From positions 983,420 to 1,047,419 of the forward strand of contig DASRSU010000008.1 in assembly GCA_035656295.1 (NCBI GenBank): a DNA stretch of 64,000 nucleotides, in the 5' to 3' direction. The number at the start of each line of letters is the position of its first letter. The first letter of the stretch is position 1. Positions 1-9,873 of this stretch are shown one piece after another. This DNA comes from Candidatus Bathyarchaeia archaeon. GTDB taxonomy: Archaea; Thermoproteota; Bathyarchaeia; 40CM-2-53-6. Below the pieces are notes generated by a model, which was not told where the DNA came from, ran no database searches, and saw only the letters and a list, made by a program, of their open reading frames with translations. A program made the position numbers and the translations under genes.

Positions 1-321
1 CTCGGTGAGTTTGAGAAGATCTTTCAGTCAGCGGTCACAGATGGGATTTGCAATACTCTCAGCAGGCCAGTGATGGAAACATTGTTGGGACTATTGAAAC
101 AGCCATTCCAAACGTACGCTGAGAAGCCGAAAGAGTTCCACCACGATCTCTCAAGAATCTTCGGAAGTGCATCCGCCACCTTGGAGAAGATGATCTCTAA
201 AGAACTCTTCCAAAAACTGAACCTCCACTATCCGGGAGGAAACGAGCTTGAGTTCGAAACATGCGTCCACCTTGCCAGACAGGACATGATGCTCAACCGG
301 AGAGGGATAATCGGAAAATGA
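1..321 (+). CDS. hypothetical protein, C-terminal part (frame open to window start)
   Basis: Frame 1 is open from base 1 to the stop at 321; no recognisable domain. Confidence 0.3.
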   Translation, partial: LGEFEKIFQSAVTDGICNTLSRPVMETLLGLLKQPFQTYAEKPKEFHHDLSRIFGSASATLEKMISKELFQKLNLHYPGGNELEFETCVHLARQDMMLNRRGIIGK

Positions 322-617
322 GCAACCCCGGCCAGTTGTTCCAGCTAATGTTTTCCTCGGAGATCAAGGGCGATCTGTTAGTATTGTTTCACAAGAATCC
401 AGGTTTGATGGATACATTCGAGGGTGAAGCCCGCAGAATCGGCCGAGCGGGCAAAGCGATAGACTCAGACGTCCGGGACCTGGTGACGCTTGGCATATTG
501 CGTACACGACAGGTAGGCGCTCAGCAGATCGTCTATTTTGACCCCAGGAAGGACAGAGAGACACAGCAGACTATCGTGGACTATTTGAAAAGTCTGAAGC
601 CGAATTCGGAGGCATAA
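318..617 (+). CDS. winged-helix transcription regulator
   Basis: HTH-like segment LFHKNPGLMDTFEGEARRIGRAGKAIDSDVRDLVTLGIL. The track ORF begins at 261, but the ATG at 318 (MSNPGQLF) avoids overlap with the upstream ORF. Confidence 0.45.
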   Translation: MSNPGQLFQLMFSSEIKGDLLVLFHKNPGLMDTFEGEARRIGRAGKAIDSDVRDLVTLGILRTRQVGAQQIVYFDPRKDRETQQTIVDYLKSLKPNSEA

Positions 618-620
618 GGA

Positions 621-794
621 ATGTCCACTCCGCGACAAAAGACCGGCACATCGGAACTCGATGAAATTCTGCGAGGGGGATTCCTCGAAGGAGACGCCGT
701 CATGGTTGCAGGCAGTGTCTGGGTCTCCGCGGAGAGTAGCTTCGGAAAAGTTCGTAGATATGTTTCACAAGGTTGTCGAGAAACGTAAAGGATC
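621..794 (+). pseudogene. KaiC/RecA-superfamily ATPase N-terminal fragment (57 aa)
   Basis: ELDEILRGGFLEGDAVMVAGS matches the KaiC/RadA N-terminal motif. A degenerate Walker A follows (SAESSFGKV) and a stop comes after 57 codons. Too short to appear in the ORF track. Confidence 0.3.
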
Positions 795-933
795 CGTCTC
801 ATAGAGTGCTGCAAGTCCGCGTCTCCGAACTTGTCTAGATAGTAGCTATTTTCCCCAGTCTTCCTTCACTCGACCACATGATCTTGTCTCCGCCTCGACG
901 GGGATTAATTATCCCTTCTCGGTTGACGGATCG

Positions 934-1941
934 TCATCCGCGATTGTCTAGTCTTCTCTTATACTCCTTGATGAGCCGGGTCGGGGTCGGATCAGTTCCC
1001 CTCAGTATAGCCAAATACGCGGACACATAATCGAGGAAGAAAACGGTCGAAACGAGCCTGGAAAGAGAATCTGTGGCGCGGATCTGGACGCTTTGTGGCC
1101 TTGTTTGACCAACACCTCTGATCGTATCCGTGAAAGCTCGTATGATCTTGGCTTCAAGACGAGTCTCTTCCCAGTCCCGGATGATCAGAGGGGTCAACTT
1201 GACACTCTGGTCCTTCCAACCTTCAATTTCGTTATGAGCTGCTTCCGGTAACAAGTCGCATTTTGCTGCCAGCTTGCTATTCTCTGCCAGCTGGTTCTTG
1301 AACCTCCGAGCTACTGAAGACATTCTCTGAAGTGCGTAGATCACGACAAGGCCTCTTCTCAGACTAGTTGCTAGACGTTTCGCAGGATTGTTTGCGATGG
1401 GGATAGATATGTTGAGCTTCTGTCGCAAGTGCACCAACTCCTTTCCAGTGCTAATCATATGGCGGGTCAGGTCGGGAGCAACGCCTACATTTTCGAGTAC
1501 CGAAGCCGTTGCAACCGCCAACTGCGGTAGTGCCGCGCGAGGAGCGATGGTTGGAGGAACAGTTACGAAAGATACGCGGTATTTTTCGCACAAGGACGCC
1601 AATGTACCGCCGGTGCCTATTCCAACTAATTTCGCATGTCTCTTGTTTGCACTCCGGAACGCTGTCAATGTCTCCAATGTTTTTCCAGAATAGCTAATGC
1701 CGACAAACAATGTACGGGGGCCGACGAAGTTCGGAAGGTCTGGTTCACGCAGAAGTAAGGCTGGAATCTTCAAGCTGTCACGAAGCCATTCGAGGATTAT
1801 GTCTCCGGCGCTGGCTGATCCACCCATGCCCGCCAAAACTATGTTGTCGATAGAGAGCCGACCTCCGAGACGTGGCACCATTTTCCCGTAGACTCCGTAC
1901 TCTAGGAAGTGTTCTGGGAAGCCGTCGATCGCTTCCAGCAT
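934..1941 (-). CDS. bifunctional phosphoglucose/phosphomannose isomerase (SIS domain)
   Basis: SIS motif GMGGSASAGDIIL and LPEAAHNEIEGW-like C-terminal region typical of crenarchaeal-type PGI/PMI. The track ORF extends to 2106; start at MLEAIDGF chosen by alignment to the family N-terminus. Confidence 0.65.
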   Translation of the reverse strand: MLEAIDGFPEHFLEYGVYGKMVPRLGGRLSIDNIVLAGMGGSASAGDIILEWLRDSLKIPALLLREPDLPNFVGPRTLFVGISYSGKTLETLTAFRSANKRHAKLVGIGTGGTLASLCEKYRVSFVTVPPTIAPRAALPQLAVATASVLENVGVAPDLTRHMISTGKELVHLRQKLNISIPIANNPAKRLATSLRRGLVVIYALQRMSSVARRFKNQLAENSKLAAKCDLLPEAAHNEIEGWKDQSVKLTPLIIRDWEETRLEAKIIRAFTDTIRGVGQTRPQSVQIRATDSLSRLVSTVFFLDYVSAYLAILRGTDPTPTRLIKEYKRRLDNRG

Positions 1942-2019
1942 TCCTGAGGGGTCTAGCCGGGACAAGCGATCGATATTCCCTAATTTTCTTGTCAGGACTA
2001 TCCCGCCATCCGCGTACCG

Positions 2020-2934
2020 TTGGCCCGTGAATGTTTTGCTAAGTATCTTATGGTACATGGCAAAGTGACAGGATTTATGCGCACAGCTCCCAAGAGAAGG
2101 CAGCATGGTCTATCCGTCGCGCTTCCAGCATCGTTAACATTGGATGTGCCACATCTACGCGAGAAGACGGCTAGGATAGGAATGATTGCTCGTACACTCG
2201 CAATCTTTCGAGTGGACGAGGTCATAATCTACACTGACGAGCAATCTGAAAAGGCTCAGAATGAAGGGAGACTACTGGAACAACTACTGTCTTACCAAGA
2301 GACTCCTCAATACTTGCGCAAGCTGCTCTTCAAACGTTCCCCAGAATACGAATTCGCTGGAACTTTGCCCCCTCTGCGCACACCCAACCATCCCAACCGT
2401 TCCCCAGCAGAGGCCGGAGAGGTTCGCGACGCTGTAGTCCTCCAATCGGGAGAGGAATCTCAAGTGGACGCGGGTTTTGGCGTTCCAGTTACGGTCGCAG
2501 CTAGACTCAGGAAGTTCGACAGAGTAACCATTCGGCTCACAAGAGTGTCACCGCGTTTGGCGGCCGAATTAGTAAAGCCCCGCAAGCTAGCTATATATTG
2601 GGGGTTTAGAGTATCGCGAAGGAACGTAAAACTTTCGGAATTGGTCAAGAGCAGAAGAGAAGAATTGACGATATCCACTTCACGAGAAGGCACGGACATA
2701 CGTCACGTACTCAAGGATCTGACCCTCCGATGGAACTCGGCATCTAGTTCGATCCTTCTCTTCGGTTCTCCCCGCGAAGGGATTCCGGAAATTCTCGCTC
2801 GAGACAAGACTGAGGTTTCCCAAATCGCAGACTTCAATCTCAACACCGTCCCCGAGCAAGGCGTCGAGACCGTCAGAACCGAGGAAGCTGTGCTCGCTAC
2901 GCTATCTGCCTTGAACGTTTTGGAGATAGCTTAG
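2020..2934 (+). CDS. conserved archaeal protein upstream of rpl3 (SPOUT-like, DUF171/COG2106-type)
   Basis: This is the conserved position immediately upstream of uL3 in archaea. SPOUT-like C-terminus (ATLSALNVL). Start uncertain. Confidence 0.4.
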   Translation: MARECFAKYLMVHGKVTGFMRTAPKRRQHGLSVALPASLTLDVPHLREKTARIGMIARTLAIFRVDEVIIYTDEQSEKAQNEGRLLEQLLSYQETPQYLRKLLFKRSPEYEFAGTLPPLRTPNHPNRSPAEAGEVRDAVVLQSGEESQVDAGFGVPVTVAARLRKFDRVTIRLTRVSPRLAAELVKPRKLAIYWGFRVSRRNVKLSELVKSRREELTISTSREGTDIRHVLKDLTLRWNSASSSILLFGSPREGIPEILARDKTEVSQIADFNLNTVPEQGVETVRTEEAVLATLSALNVLEIA

Positions 2935-3939
2935 ATGGGACATAGAAAATATAGTGCACCAAGACGCGGTTCGCTAGCGTATCTACCGCGCGGTAGAGCC
3001 AGCCACTGGACTCCACGAATACGGTATTGGCCAAATTACGAAGGCGCCCCCAGACTTCTTGCGTTTGCCGGGTTCAAGGCAGGTACCAGCCAGGTGACGA
3101 TCGTCGATAATCGTCAGGGCTCTCTGAACTATGGTAAGGAAGTGACCTTTCCAGTAACGATAGTTGAGACTCCACCATTAACAGTTGCGGGACTACGGTT
3201 TTACGAATCTTGGAACGGTGGGCTTCGGTCGGTCGCCGAGGTATGGTCCGGAGAGCAGTCCAAGGATCTAGGGAGAACAATCAAGTCTCCTGAGAAATTC
3301 GACGAGACCAAAGGGTGGGAAAAGGTAGAGCCTTTGAGGGAGAAGCTTGCTGAGGTCCGTGTCATAGTTGCCAACCAACCCCGCCTGACTCAGATAGGCA
3401 AGAAGAAACCGGATCTCTTCGAAGTCAAGATAGGCGGTGGCAGCGTGCAAGATCAATTGGATTTTGCAAGGAAGCTTCTTGGAAAGAGTGTCAAGGTTTC
3501 CGAGGTATTCAAGGAAGGGGGCCAGGTCGACGTAATCGCGATCACGAAAGGCAAAGGCATCCAAGGACCGGTCAAACGATGGGGAATAAAGAAGCTCAAG
3601 CACAAGTCGCGAAAGACCGTTCGGGGAGTTGGTTCCATAGGACCTTGGCATCCCCATTACGTCATGTACTCAGTGCCGAGAGCTGGACAGATGGGGTTCG
3701 CCCAGAGAACCGAGTACAACAAGCAGATTCTGAAAATCGGGGACAATGGGACGGACGTTACTCCTGCAGGTGGATTTCTGAGATATGGAATCGTGAAGAC
3801 TGAGTACGCGCTTATACGAGGCACAATACCTGGGCCGGCGAGACGACTGGTAGCATTGAGGTATCCTGCGCGCGGAATACCTGAAGGTGAGCCGCCGAAA
3901 ATTGAGCAACTGAGCCTAGCATCAAAGCAAGGAGCATAA
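2935..3939 (+). CDS. rpl3: 50S ribosomal protein uL3
   Basis: 334-aa uL3 homolog, first gene of the conserved L3-L4-L23-L2 block. Confidence 0.9.
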   Translation: MGHRKYSAPRRGSLAYLPRGRASHWTPRIRYWPNYEGAPRLLAFAGFKAGTSQVTIVDNRQGSLNYGKEVTFPVTIVETPPLTVAGLRFYESWNGGLRSVAEVWSGEQSKDLGRTIKSPEKFDETKGWEKVEPLREKLAEVRVIVANQPRLTQIGKKKPDLFEVKIGGGSVQDQLDFARKLLGKSVKVSEVFKEGGQVDVIAITKGKGIQGPVKRWGIKKLKHKSRKTVRGVGSIGPWHPHYVMYSVPRAGQMGFAQRTEYNKQILKIGDNGTDVTPAGGFLRYGIVKTEYALIRGTIPGPARRLVALRYPARGIPEGEPPKIEQLSLASKQGA

Positions 3940-3942
3940 GCC

Positions 3943-4722
3943 ATGTCGCCGGAGAATACCCGCACCGTCCAAGTCCTTGATTCTAAGGGAAGCTCGGTCA
4001 GAAATCTCCCACTACCAAGGATTTTCAAAACGGCAGTAAGAGAAGACATCATCCGCAAGGCAGTAATTGCGGAGCAGTCCCACAGATTCCAGCCTCAAGG
4101 ACGCGATCTCATGGCAGGCAAACGAACGACAGCAGAGTCTTTCGGAGTAGGCAGAGGAATATCGAGAGTCCCGAGAATAGGTGGTCACGGACCATTGTCG
4201 GGAACCGCCGCCTTCGCTCCCGGCACAGTCAGTGGGAGAATGGCGTTTCCGCCAGTCATTGGCAAGAAGACTTCCAAGTGGATAAACAAGAAGGAGAGGC
4301 ATGTTGCTCTCAATGCGGCCATAGCGGCAACAGCGTCTAGAGACATCGTCCGGAAGAGAGGTCACAAGTTTGGAGATTCATTGGAGCTGCCGCTTGTTGT
4401 AACCGATGAGATCGGAACTTTGTCTAAGGCGTCGGAAGCCCGAAGCTTCCTGACCTCCCTCGGACTCGGAGAGGATATCGCTAGGGTCGATAAGAGTGTA
4501 AGGCTCAAGAACAGTGGAAGAAGAGTGCATGCAGTAGGCCCATTAGTAGTAGTGGGCGAGGATCAACGTCCAGCTCGCAAAGCATTTGGCAACTTCAAGG
4601 GCGTGGATGTCGTGAGGGTCAAAGATCTAAGCGTTGAAATCTTGGCTCCAGGGACGCATCCGGGTAGACTCACGGTCTGGACGGAGTCCGCGGTAAAGAC
4701 AATTTCTGAGTGGAGTCGCTGA
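3943..4722 (+). CDS. rpl4: 50S ribosomal protein uL4
   Basis: Operon position and uL4-like sequence. Confidence 0.85.
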   Translation: MSPENTRTVQVLDSKGSSVRNLPLPRIFKTAVREDIIRKAVIAEQSHRFQPQGRDLMAGKRTTAESFGVGRGISRVPRIGGHGPLSGTAAFAPGTVSGRMAFPPVIGKKTSKWINKKERHVALNAAIAATASRDIVRKRGHKFGDSLELPLVVTDEIGTLSKASEARSFLTSLGLGEDIARVDKSVRLKNSGRRVHAVGPLVVVGEDQRPARKAFGNFKGVDVVRVKDLSVEILAPGTHPGRLTVWTESAVKTISEWSR

Positions 4723-4725
4723 GAA

Positions 4726-4995
4726 ATGGCGCGGTTGCAATCAGAGCTTGTCATTGTCTACCCGATGATGTCAGAGGATACCGTGAGACTGATCGAGGCG
4801 GAAAACAAGATCACTTTCATCGTTCACAACAAGGCTTCGAAACATGACGTGAGGAGAGCTGTCGAAGAAATGTACGAAGTAAAAGTTGACAGGGTATCAA
4901 CCCTCACGACTCCGGAGGGCAAGAAAAAGGCTTACGTGAAGCTTAGCCCACAGTCGAAAGCGTCGGACCTAGCAGTAAAGCTAGGAATTCTCTAG
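4726..4995 (+). CDS. rpl23: 50S ribosomal protein uL23
   Basis: 89 aa, uL23-like, operon position. Confidence 0.9.
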   Translation: MARLQSELVIVYPMMSEDTVRLIEAENKITFIVHNKASKHDVRRAVEEMYEVKVDRVSTLTTPEGKKKAYVKLSPQSKASDLAVKLGIL

Positions 4996-5008
4996 GAGTA
5001 CTACTCGA

Positions 5009-5734
5009 ATGGGAAAGAACATTCTTGTCCAGAGACGCGGAAGAGGATACTTCATTTTCAGAGCCCCAACCCACAAGCGTCTTCATCCCGCAGGCTACAA
5101 CAGTGTGAACGGACACTCAACGGGTTTCGTCCGAGATCTGCTACATGAGGCTGCAAGAGGAGCTCCGCTAGCCCGCCTCTCAGTGGGAAGCGCGGGCGAA
5201 GTTTACGTCCCCGCTCCAGAGGGGATGTTTGTCGGACAAAAAGTCCAGTTCGGTAGCGAGGTTCCAGCAGAAACGGGTAACATCAAGGGCCTCGGGAGAA
5301 TACCTGAAGGAACCATGATCTGCAACATCGAACTTCGACCCGGCGATGGTGGGACATTGGCACGTTCTTCAGGATCCTACGCCATAGTAGTATCGCATAC
5401 ACCGAAGGGTACCGAACTGCGCATGCCGTCAGGACGTAGCATTCACCTCAACGACAAGTGTCGTGCAATGATCGGAATCGTGGCAGGGTCGGGAAGAACC
5501 GAGAAGCCCTTTCTTAAGGCAGGTCCTAAATGGTTTCTGCAGAGGTCGAGGGGCAGAAAATGGCCTGTCGTGAAGGGCCAGGCGATGATAGCAGCCTCTC
5601 ATCCACACGGTGGGGGCCGACACAAGCACGCAGGGAAACCCACAACAGTAGGACGATGGACTTCCCCAGGGAGAAAGGTTGGAAACATAGCTGCCCGCCA
5701 GACAGGAAGAGCAAAACGACGCTCGGCACGATGA
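5009..5734 (+). CDS. rpl2: 50S ribosomal protein uL2
   Basis: Conserved uL2 C-terminus GRNxxGxxxxRHxGGGHKxxYR-like (ASHPHGGGRHKHAG). Confidence 0.9.
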   Translation: MGKNILVQRRGRGYFIFRAPTHKRLHPAGYNSVNGHSTGFVRDLLHEAARGAPLARLSVGSAGEVYVPAPEGMFVGQKVQFGSEVPAETGNIKGLGRIPEGTMICNIELRPGDGGTLARSSGSYAIVVSHTPKGTELRMPSGRSIHLNDKCRAMIGIVAGSGRTEKPFLKAGPKWFLQRSRGRKWPVVKGQAMIAASHPHGGGRHKHAGKPTTVGRWTSPGRKVGNIAARQTGRAKRRSAR

Positions 5735-5849
5735 CTATGATGCAGAAACAGTCTTATGCGCCTGTTCGGCCTATAACCACACTCGGTAGGTAGAGATCAC
5801 GCCAAGACAGTTCACGTACCGCGGCCACAGCGTTGACGAGCTTCGACAA

Positions 5850-6200
5850 ATGTCCATGGACGAGTTCATCAAACTACTACCATCACGACAACGCAGGTCA
5901 CTTGTGAAGGGTCTGACGAATGAACAGCGGATCCTCCTCGAACACATCCGACAGGCCCGCAAAGAGAATGGTGGCAAACCCGTGTCGGTCAAGACACATT
6001 GTAGAGACATGATCATTATTCCAGAAATGTTCGGGCTCACTCTGCAACTGCACGCTGGCAAAGAGTATGTACCGGTCGAGATAAAGCCGGAAATGATCGG
6101 GCACTTTGTTGGAGAGTTCGCGATTACAAACCAGAAAGTCGTACACGGGACCCCTGGAATAGGTGCGTCGCGTTCGAGCATGTACGTTCCGCTCAAATAA
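5850..6200 (+). CDS. rps19: 30S ribosomal protein uS19
   Basis: Strong uS19 C-terminus (IKPEMIGHFVGEFAITNQKVVHGTPGIGASRSSMYVPLK). Conserved N-terminal residues (FTYRGHSVDELRQ) lie in frame upstream back to the stop at 5787-5789 with no ATG/GTG/TTG, so the true start is probably near 5790-5800. Confidence 0.85.
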   Translation: MSMDEFIKLLPSRQRRSLVKGLTNEQRILLEHIRQARKENGGKPVSVKTHCRDMIIIPEMFGLTLQLHAGKEYVPVEIKPEMIGHFVGEFAITNQKVVHGTPGIGASRSSMYVPLK

Positions 6201-6256
6201 ACGGAACCTACCGGACAGTTTTTCTTCTGACATAACATTCCGAGTCTAGACTGCGC

Positions 6257-7657
6257 TTGTATGACCCAACAACTTCGAAGCTGAAAGTCTACAATACGCT
6301 CACCCGCAGTGTTGATGATTTCGTTCCGGAAAAACCGCCGAGGGTTACAATGTTCGTATGCGGACCTACCGTCTATGATGTGTCACACATCGGCCACGCG
6401 AAGACCTATGTCGCATACGATATTATGGCAAGATATCTCCGCCGCAAGAGATTCAGTGTTTTCTTTATCATCAACATTACCGATATCGACGACAGGATCA
6501 TCAATCGGGCCCGTGAAACTGGAAAGGATGCTCTCGAAATCTCGCGAAAATTTGCCGAGGATTTCTACAAGGACATGCGGGATCTGCGTGTTAACAGCGT
6601 GAATCTCTACCCTAAAGCCTCGGACCATATTCGAGAAATTATCGGACAAATAGAGGGGCTGCTAAAACTAGGAAAGGCGTACAGACTTGATGGTGACGTG
6701 TACTATGACATTTCGAAGTTTGCTGATTACGGAAAGCTCTCTAGACAAAAGCTCGAACAGTTGACAGTGCATCGAGTAGATCCGGACACTCGAAAGAAGC
6801 ATCCGGGCGACTTTGTACTGTGGAAAAGTCAGAAGCCCGGTGAGATTGCTTGGGATAGTCCTTGGGGTAAAGGAAGACCGGGGTGGCACATCGAAGATAC
6901 CGCAATCACACTGACATATTTCGGTCCAACATACGATCTTCATGGCGGTGGAACTGAACTTATCTTTCCTCATCATGAAGCAGAGATTGCCCAGGCAGAG
7001 GGTTTGACTGGTGTGAAGCCTCTCGCAAAGTATTGGGTGCATACGGGACTGTTGAGCGTTAAGGGCAAGGAGATGCACAAGTCGCTTGGGAACTTCATTC
7101 CGATACAGGACATGATCGCTGAGATGGGTGTCGACGCTCTCCGAGTCTTCTATGCGTCCACCCACTATCGAAGTCCATTGGACTTTACGCAGGAAGCTTT
7201 GACCCAAGCGGCCAGTCTTAGCAGAAGGTTTCAGAGAATCTACGATCAACTCTTGACAATAGTTGCAGCATCTACCTCCACGGGAGGGGAAACAATCCTG
7301 CCCAAAGTCGCTGCTGAAATAGGCGAAGCACGAGACGAGTTCTTCAATGCGATGGACGATGACTTCAATACGCCTAGAGCCCTAACTGCATTGATTAAGA
7401 TTGTAAGTACTGTAGAAGAGCAGAGCGGCAAACTGGACCTGGAAACTGCTAGCTTTGTTCTAGAAATCTTGAAAGATCAAGGCTCTGTCCTGGGCATATT
7501 CGGAGAAGAATCAGCCGTTCGCGATAGAATCAATGAGATAGTAAGACTCTTGCTAGACCTGAGGTCGGAGTTGCGTACGAAACGCGACTTCGCTACGGCG
7601 GATCGTATCCGAGAACTCCTCACGAAAACCGGCCTGCTAGTTGAGGACGTAGCTTAG
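6257..7657 (+). CDS. cysS: cysteinyl-tRNA synthetase
   Basis: HIGHAKTYV HIGH motif, KEMHKSLGN KMSKS motif, class I CysRS-like. TTG start. Confidence 0.9.
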   Translation: MYDPTTSKLKVYNTLTRSVDDFVPEKPPRVTMFVCGPTVYDVSHIGHAKTYVAYDIMARYLRRKRFSVFFIINITDIDDRIINRARETGKDALEISRKFAEDFYKDMRDLRVNSVNLYPKASDHIREIIGQIEGLLKLGKAYRLDGDVYYDISKFADYGKLSRQKLEQLTVHRVDPDTRKKHPGDFVLWKSQKPGEIAWDSPWGKGRPGWHIEDTAITLTYFGPTYDLHGGGTELIFPHHEAEIAQAEGLTGVKPLAKYWVHTGLLSVKGKEMHKSLGNFIPIQDMIAEMGVDALRVFYASTHYRSPLDFTQEALTQAASLSRRFQRIYDQLLTIVAASTSTGGETILPKVAAEIGEARDEFFNAMDDDFNTPRALTALIKIVSTVEEQSGKLDLETASFVLEILKDQGSVLGIFGEESAVRDRINEIVRLLLDLRSELRTKRDFATADRIRELLTKTGLLVEDVA

Positions 7658-7761
7658 TCCCGGATTCCGATGCGTCTCCGAGCTGATTATACTGGATTGA
7701 GTAGGAAAGGTACATCCGGCGACCGTGTTCACTCCGAGAGACGCGTAGACCCCTGCTAGGA

Positions 7762-9249
7762 TTAGCCCTTAGCCACTCCAATCGGGGTCATGCGTACGAC
7801 CTTCAAACCGATCCCCAGCTGGTGGCTCACCTCGACCACACGGTCTACGTCCTTGTAGGCATCTGGTGCCTCCTCGGCTACGACCTCCATGCTGGCTGCG
7901 CGTATGACGATCCCTCGGCTTTCTAGGGTCTTCTTCAGATCTGCGCCCCACCATTTGTGCCTAGCGGCCGACCGGCTCATGAAACGTCCCGCACCATGAG
8001 CCGTAGTTCCGAAGCTCAACTCCATCGCTTTAGGCGCACCGATCAACACCCAGCTGCTAGTACCCATACTACCAGGAATCAGCACAGGCTGTCCAATGTC
8101 GCGATACTGGGCTGGCACGTCAGGATGACCGGGGGGAAAGGACCGGGTGGCACCCTTACGATGAACAATCACTTTCTTGACGTCACCATCGATATTGTGA
8201 GATTCGACCTTGGCCACGTTGTGCGCGACGTCATAGACTATTTTCATGTCCATGGAATCAGCCGGTTTCTCGAATACCTTCTCGAACGCCTGTCGGGCCC
8301 AATGGGTGATCATTTGTCGGTTGACCCAGGCAAAGTTGCAGGCGGCAGACATTGCGGGAATATAGTCCTCCGCCTCCGGACTCTTACTCGGACACGCGGC
8401 AAGCTCTCTGTCAGGCAGGTGGATGTTGTATTTGTTAACGGCGCGTTCCATGACTTTGAGATAGTCGCTGCATGTCTGGTGTCCGTACCCCCTGCTGCCG
8501 GTGTGGATGAGTATGAGTATTTGCCCTACTTGGTGGATTCCGAGACGGTCGGCTACTCTCTTGTCGAAGACTCTGTCGGCTCGCTCGATCTCAACGAAAT
8601 GGTTTCCGCTTCCGAGACTTCCGAGTTGGGGAGCTCCTCGAGATTTTGCATTGCTCGATACCTTCGATGGGTCCGCCGCCTCTAAGCAGCCTTCTTCTTC
8701 GATCGTCTTCGGATCCTCGGGCCAGGCGTATCCCTTGTCTATTGCCCAGTCCAGCCCGTCAGTGACGGCCTTGTCAAGCTCTGACGTAGTTAGACGGACT
8801 TTGCCCTTGCTCCCGAGCCCTGAAGGGATAAAATTGAACAGCGTGTCGACGAGCTTCGGGAGTACTGGTTTCACTTGTTCCTCCGTGAGGTTTGTCCGAA
8901 TCAGTCTGACTCCGCAGTTGATGTCATACCCGACTCCGCCCGGACTGATGAGTCCTTCATCGTAGTCGGTTGCGGCGACGCCGCCGATGGGAAACCCGTA
9001 GCCTTCGTGACCATCGGGCATGGTAATGGAGTACTTGTAGATCCCGTCTAGGTGAGCAACGTTGACGCATTGTTGAAGTGTGCGATCTGTCCTCATCTTT
9101 GCCAAGAGATCTTCGTCTGCGTAGATTCTTGCAGGCACTTTCATGCCCTGACGATAGCTTGACGGCACTTCCCAGATGTTTGGGGCTACTTTTGTGATTG
9201 GAATGTCGGTGCTCGAACGACCTGGCGAGTTCAGGGCTTGGCTGCTCAT
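7762..9249 (-). CDS. rtcB: RNA-splicing ligase RtcB
   Basis: Metal-binding His motifs (NHFVEIE, GSRGYGHQ) typical of RtcB; 495 aa. Confidence 0.93.
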   Translation of the reverse strand: MSSQALNSPGRSSTDIPITKVAPNIWEVPSSYRQGMKVPARIYADEDLLAKMRTDRTLQQCVNVAHLDGIYKYSITMPDGHEGYGFPIGGVAATDYDEGLISPGGVGYDINCGVRLIRTNLTEEQVKPVLPKLVDTLFNFIPSGLGSKGKVRLTTSELDKAVTDGLDWAIDKGYAWPEDPKTIEEEGCLEAADPSKVSSNAKSRGAPQLGSLGSGNHFVEIERADRVFDKRVADRLGIHQVGQILILIHTGSRGYGHQTCSDYLKVMERAVNKYNIHLPDRELAACPSKSPEAEDYIPAMSAACNFAWVNRQMITHWARQAFEKVFEKPADSMDMKIVYDVAHNVAKVESHNIDGDVKKVIVHRKGATRSFPPGHPDVPAQYRDIGQPVLIPGSMGTSSWVLIGAPKAMELSFGTTAHGAGRFMSRSAARHKWWGADLKKTLESRGIVIRAASMEVVAEEAPDAYKDVDRVVEVSHQLGIGLKVVRMTPIGVAKG

Positions 9250-9344
9250 ATGTTATCAAAGAACGATCCGCCAGAAGCCACCTATAAGTCTCGTTATGGC
9301 CTAGAGAAGGGGCTCGATTTTTACACGCATCATGTCGATTGTTT

Positions 9345-9803
9345 CTATAGGTCGAGCAAGAATCGTAGACGGACTTGATCGCTCGATTTCGTTATTTCCA
9401 TCAGATGGTAGGTTACACCCTTAACCTCTGTTTTCGAGCCGTGCTTATCTCGATCATACCTTTCCCCTTGGATATCGGCCACAAGTTCGAACATTTCCGC
9501 GTTCTGAACAATAGACGTTACAATGAACACCGAGTATGCCATCGATCTCAGTTCGAACCTCAGCAGTAGTTCTTCGAGCCAATTGTAGAGAAGCTCTTTC
9601 TCGTCATAACCGGAAACACTGACATTGTGGCGAAGGCTTGGGGCTACGTTTTCAATGTGGAGCATTGTATCGAATAGTGCGCGTCCCGCCTGACCAAAGG
9701 CTCGCTCTAGTGTGGGGCTCCACGCTTCGATCAGTGCGTCGGTAGTATGTTCTAGAAATCCATACCCCTCTCTGCGAGAGACATCTGACAAGGTGGGACG
9801 CAC
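9345..9803 (-). CDS. archease (RtcB activator)
   Basis: GYGFLEHTTDALIEAWS archease N-terminal motif; ~150 aa; adjacent to rtcB. Confidence 0.8.
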   Translation of the reverse strand: MRPTLSDVSRREGYGFLEHTTDALIEAWSPTLERAFGQAGRALFDTMLHIENVAPSLRHNVSVSGYDEKELLYNWLEELLLRFELRSMAYSVFIVTSIVQNAEMFELVADIQGERYDRDKHGSKTEVKGVTYHLMEITKSSDQVRLRFLLDL

Positions 9804-9873
9804 CAGTTTTCTTGTATGGAACCGTTTATTAGGTCAGTTTCGCCTCAAAAATGATCGCACGACCTGAACGCGG

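Noticed and set aside
5530-5793. 87-aa ORF overlapping the rpl2 3' end and the S19 upstream region
   Set aside because: Different frame from both flanking conserved genes, Arg/Ser-rich composition and no homology. Probably spurious.
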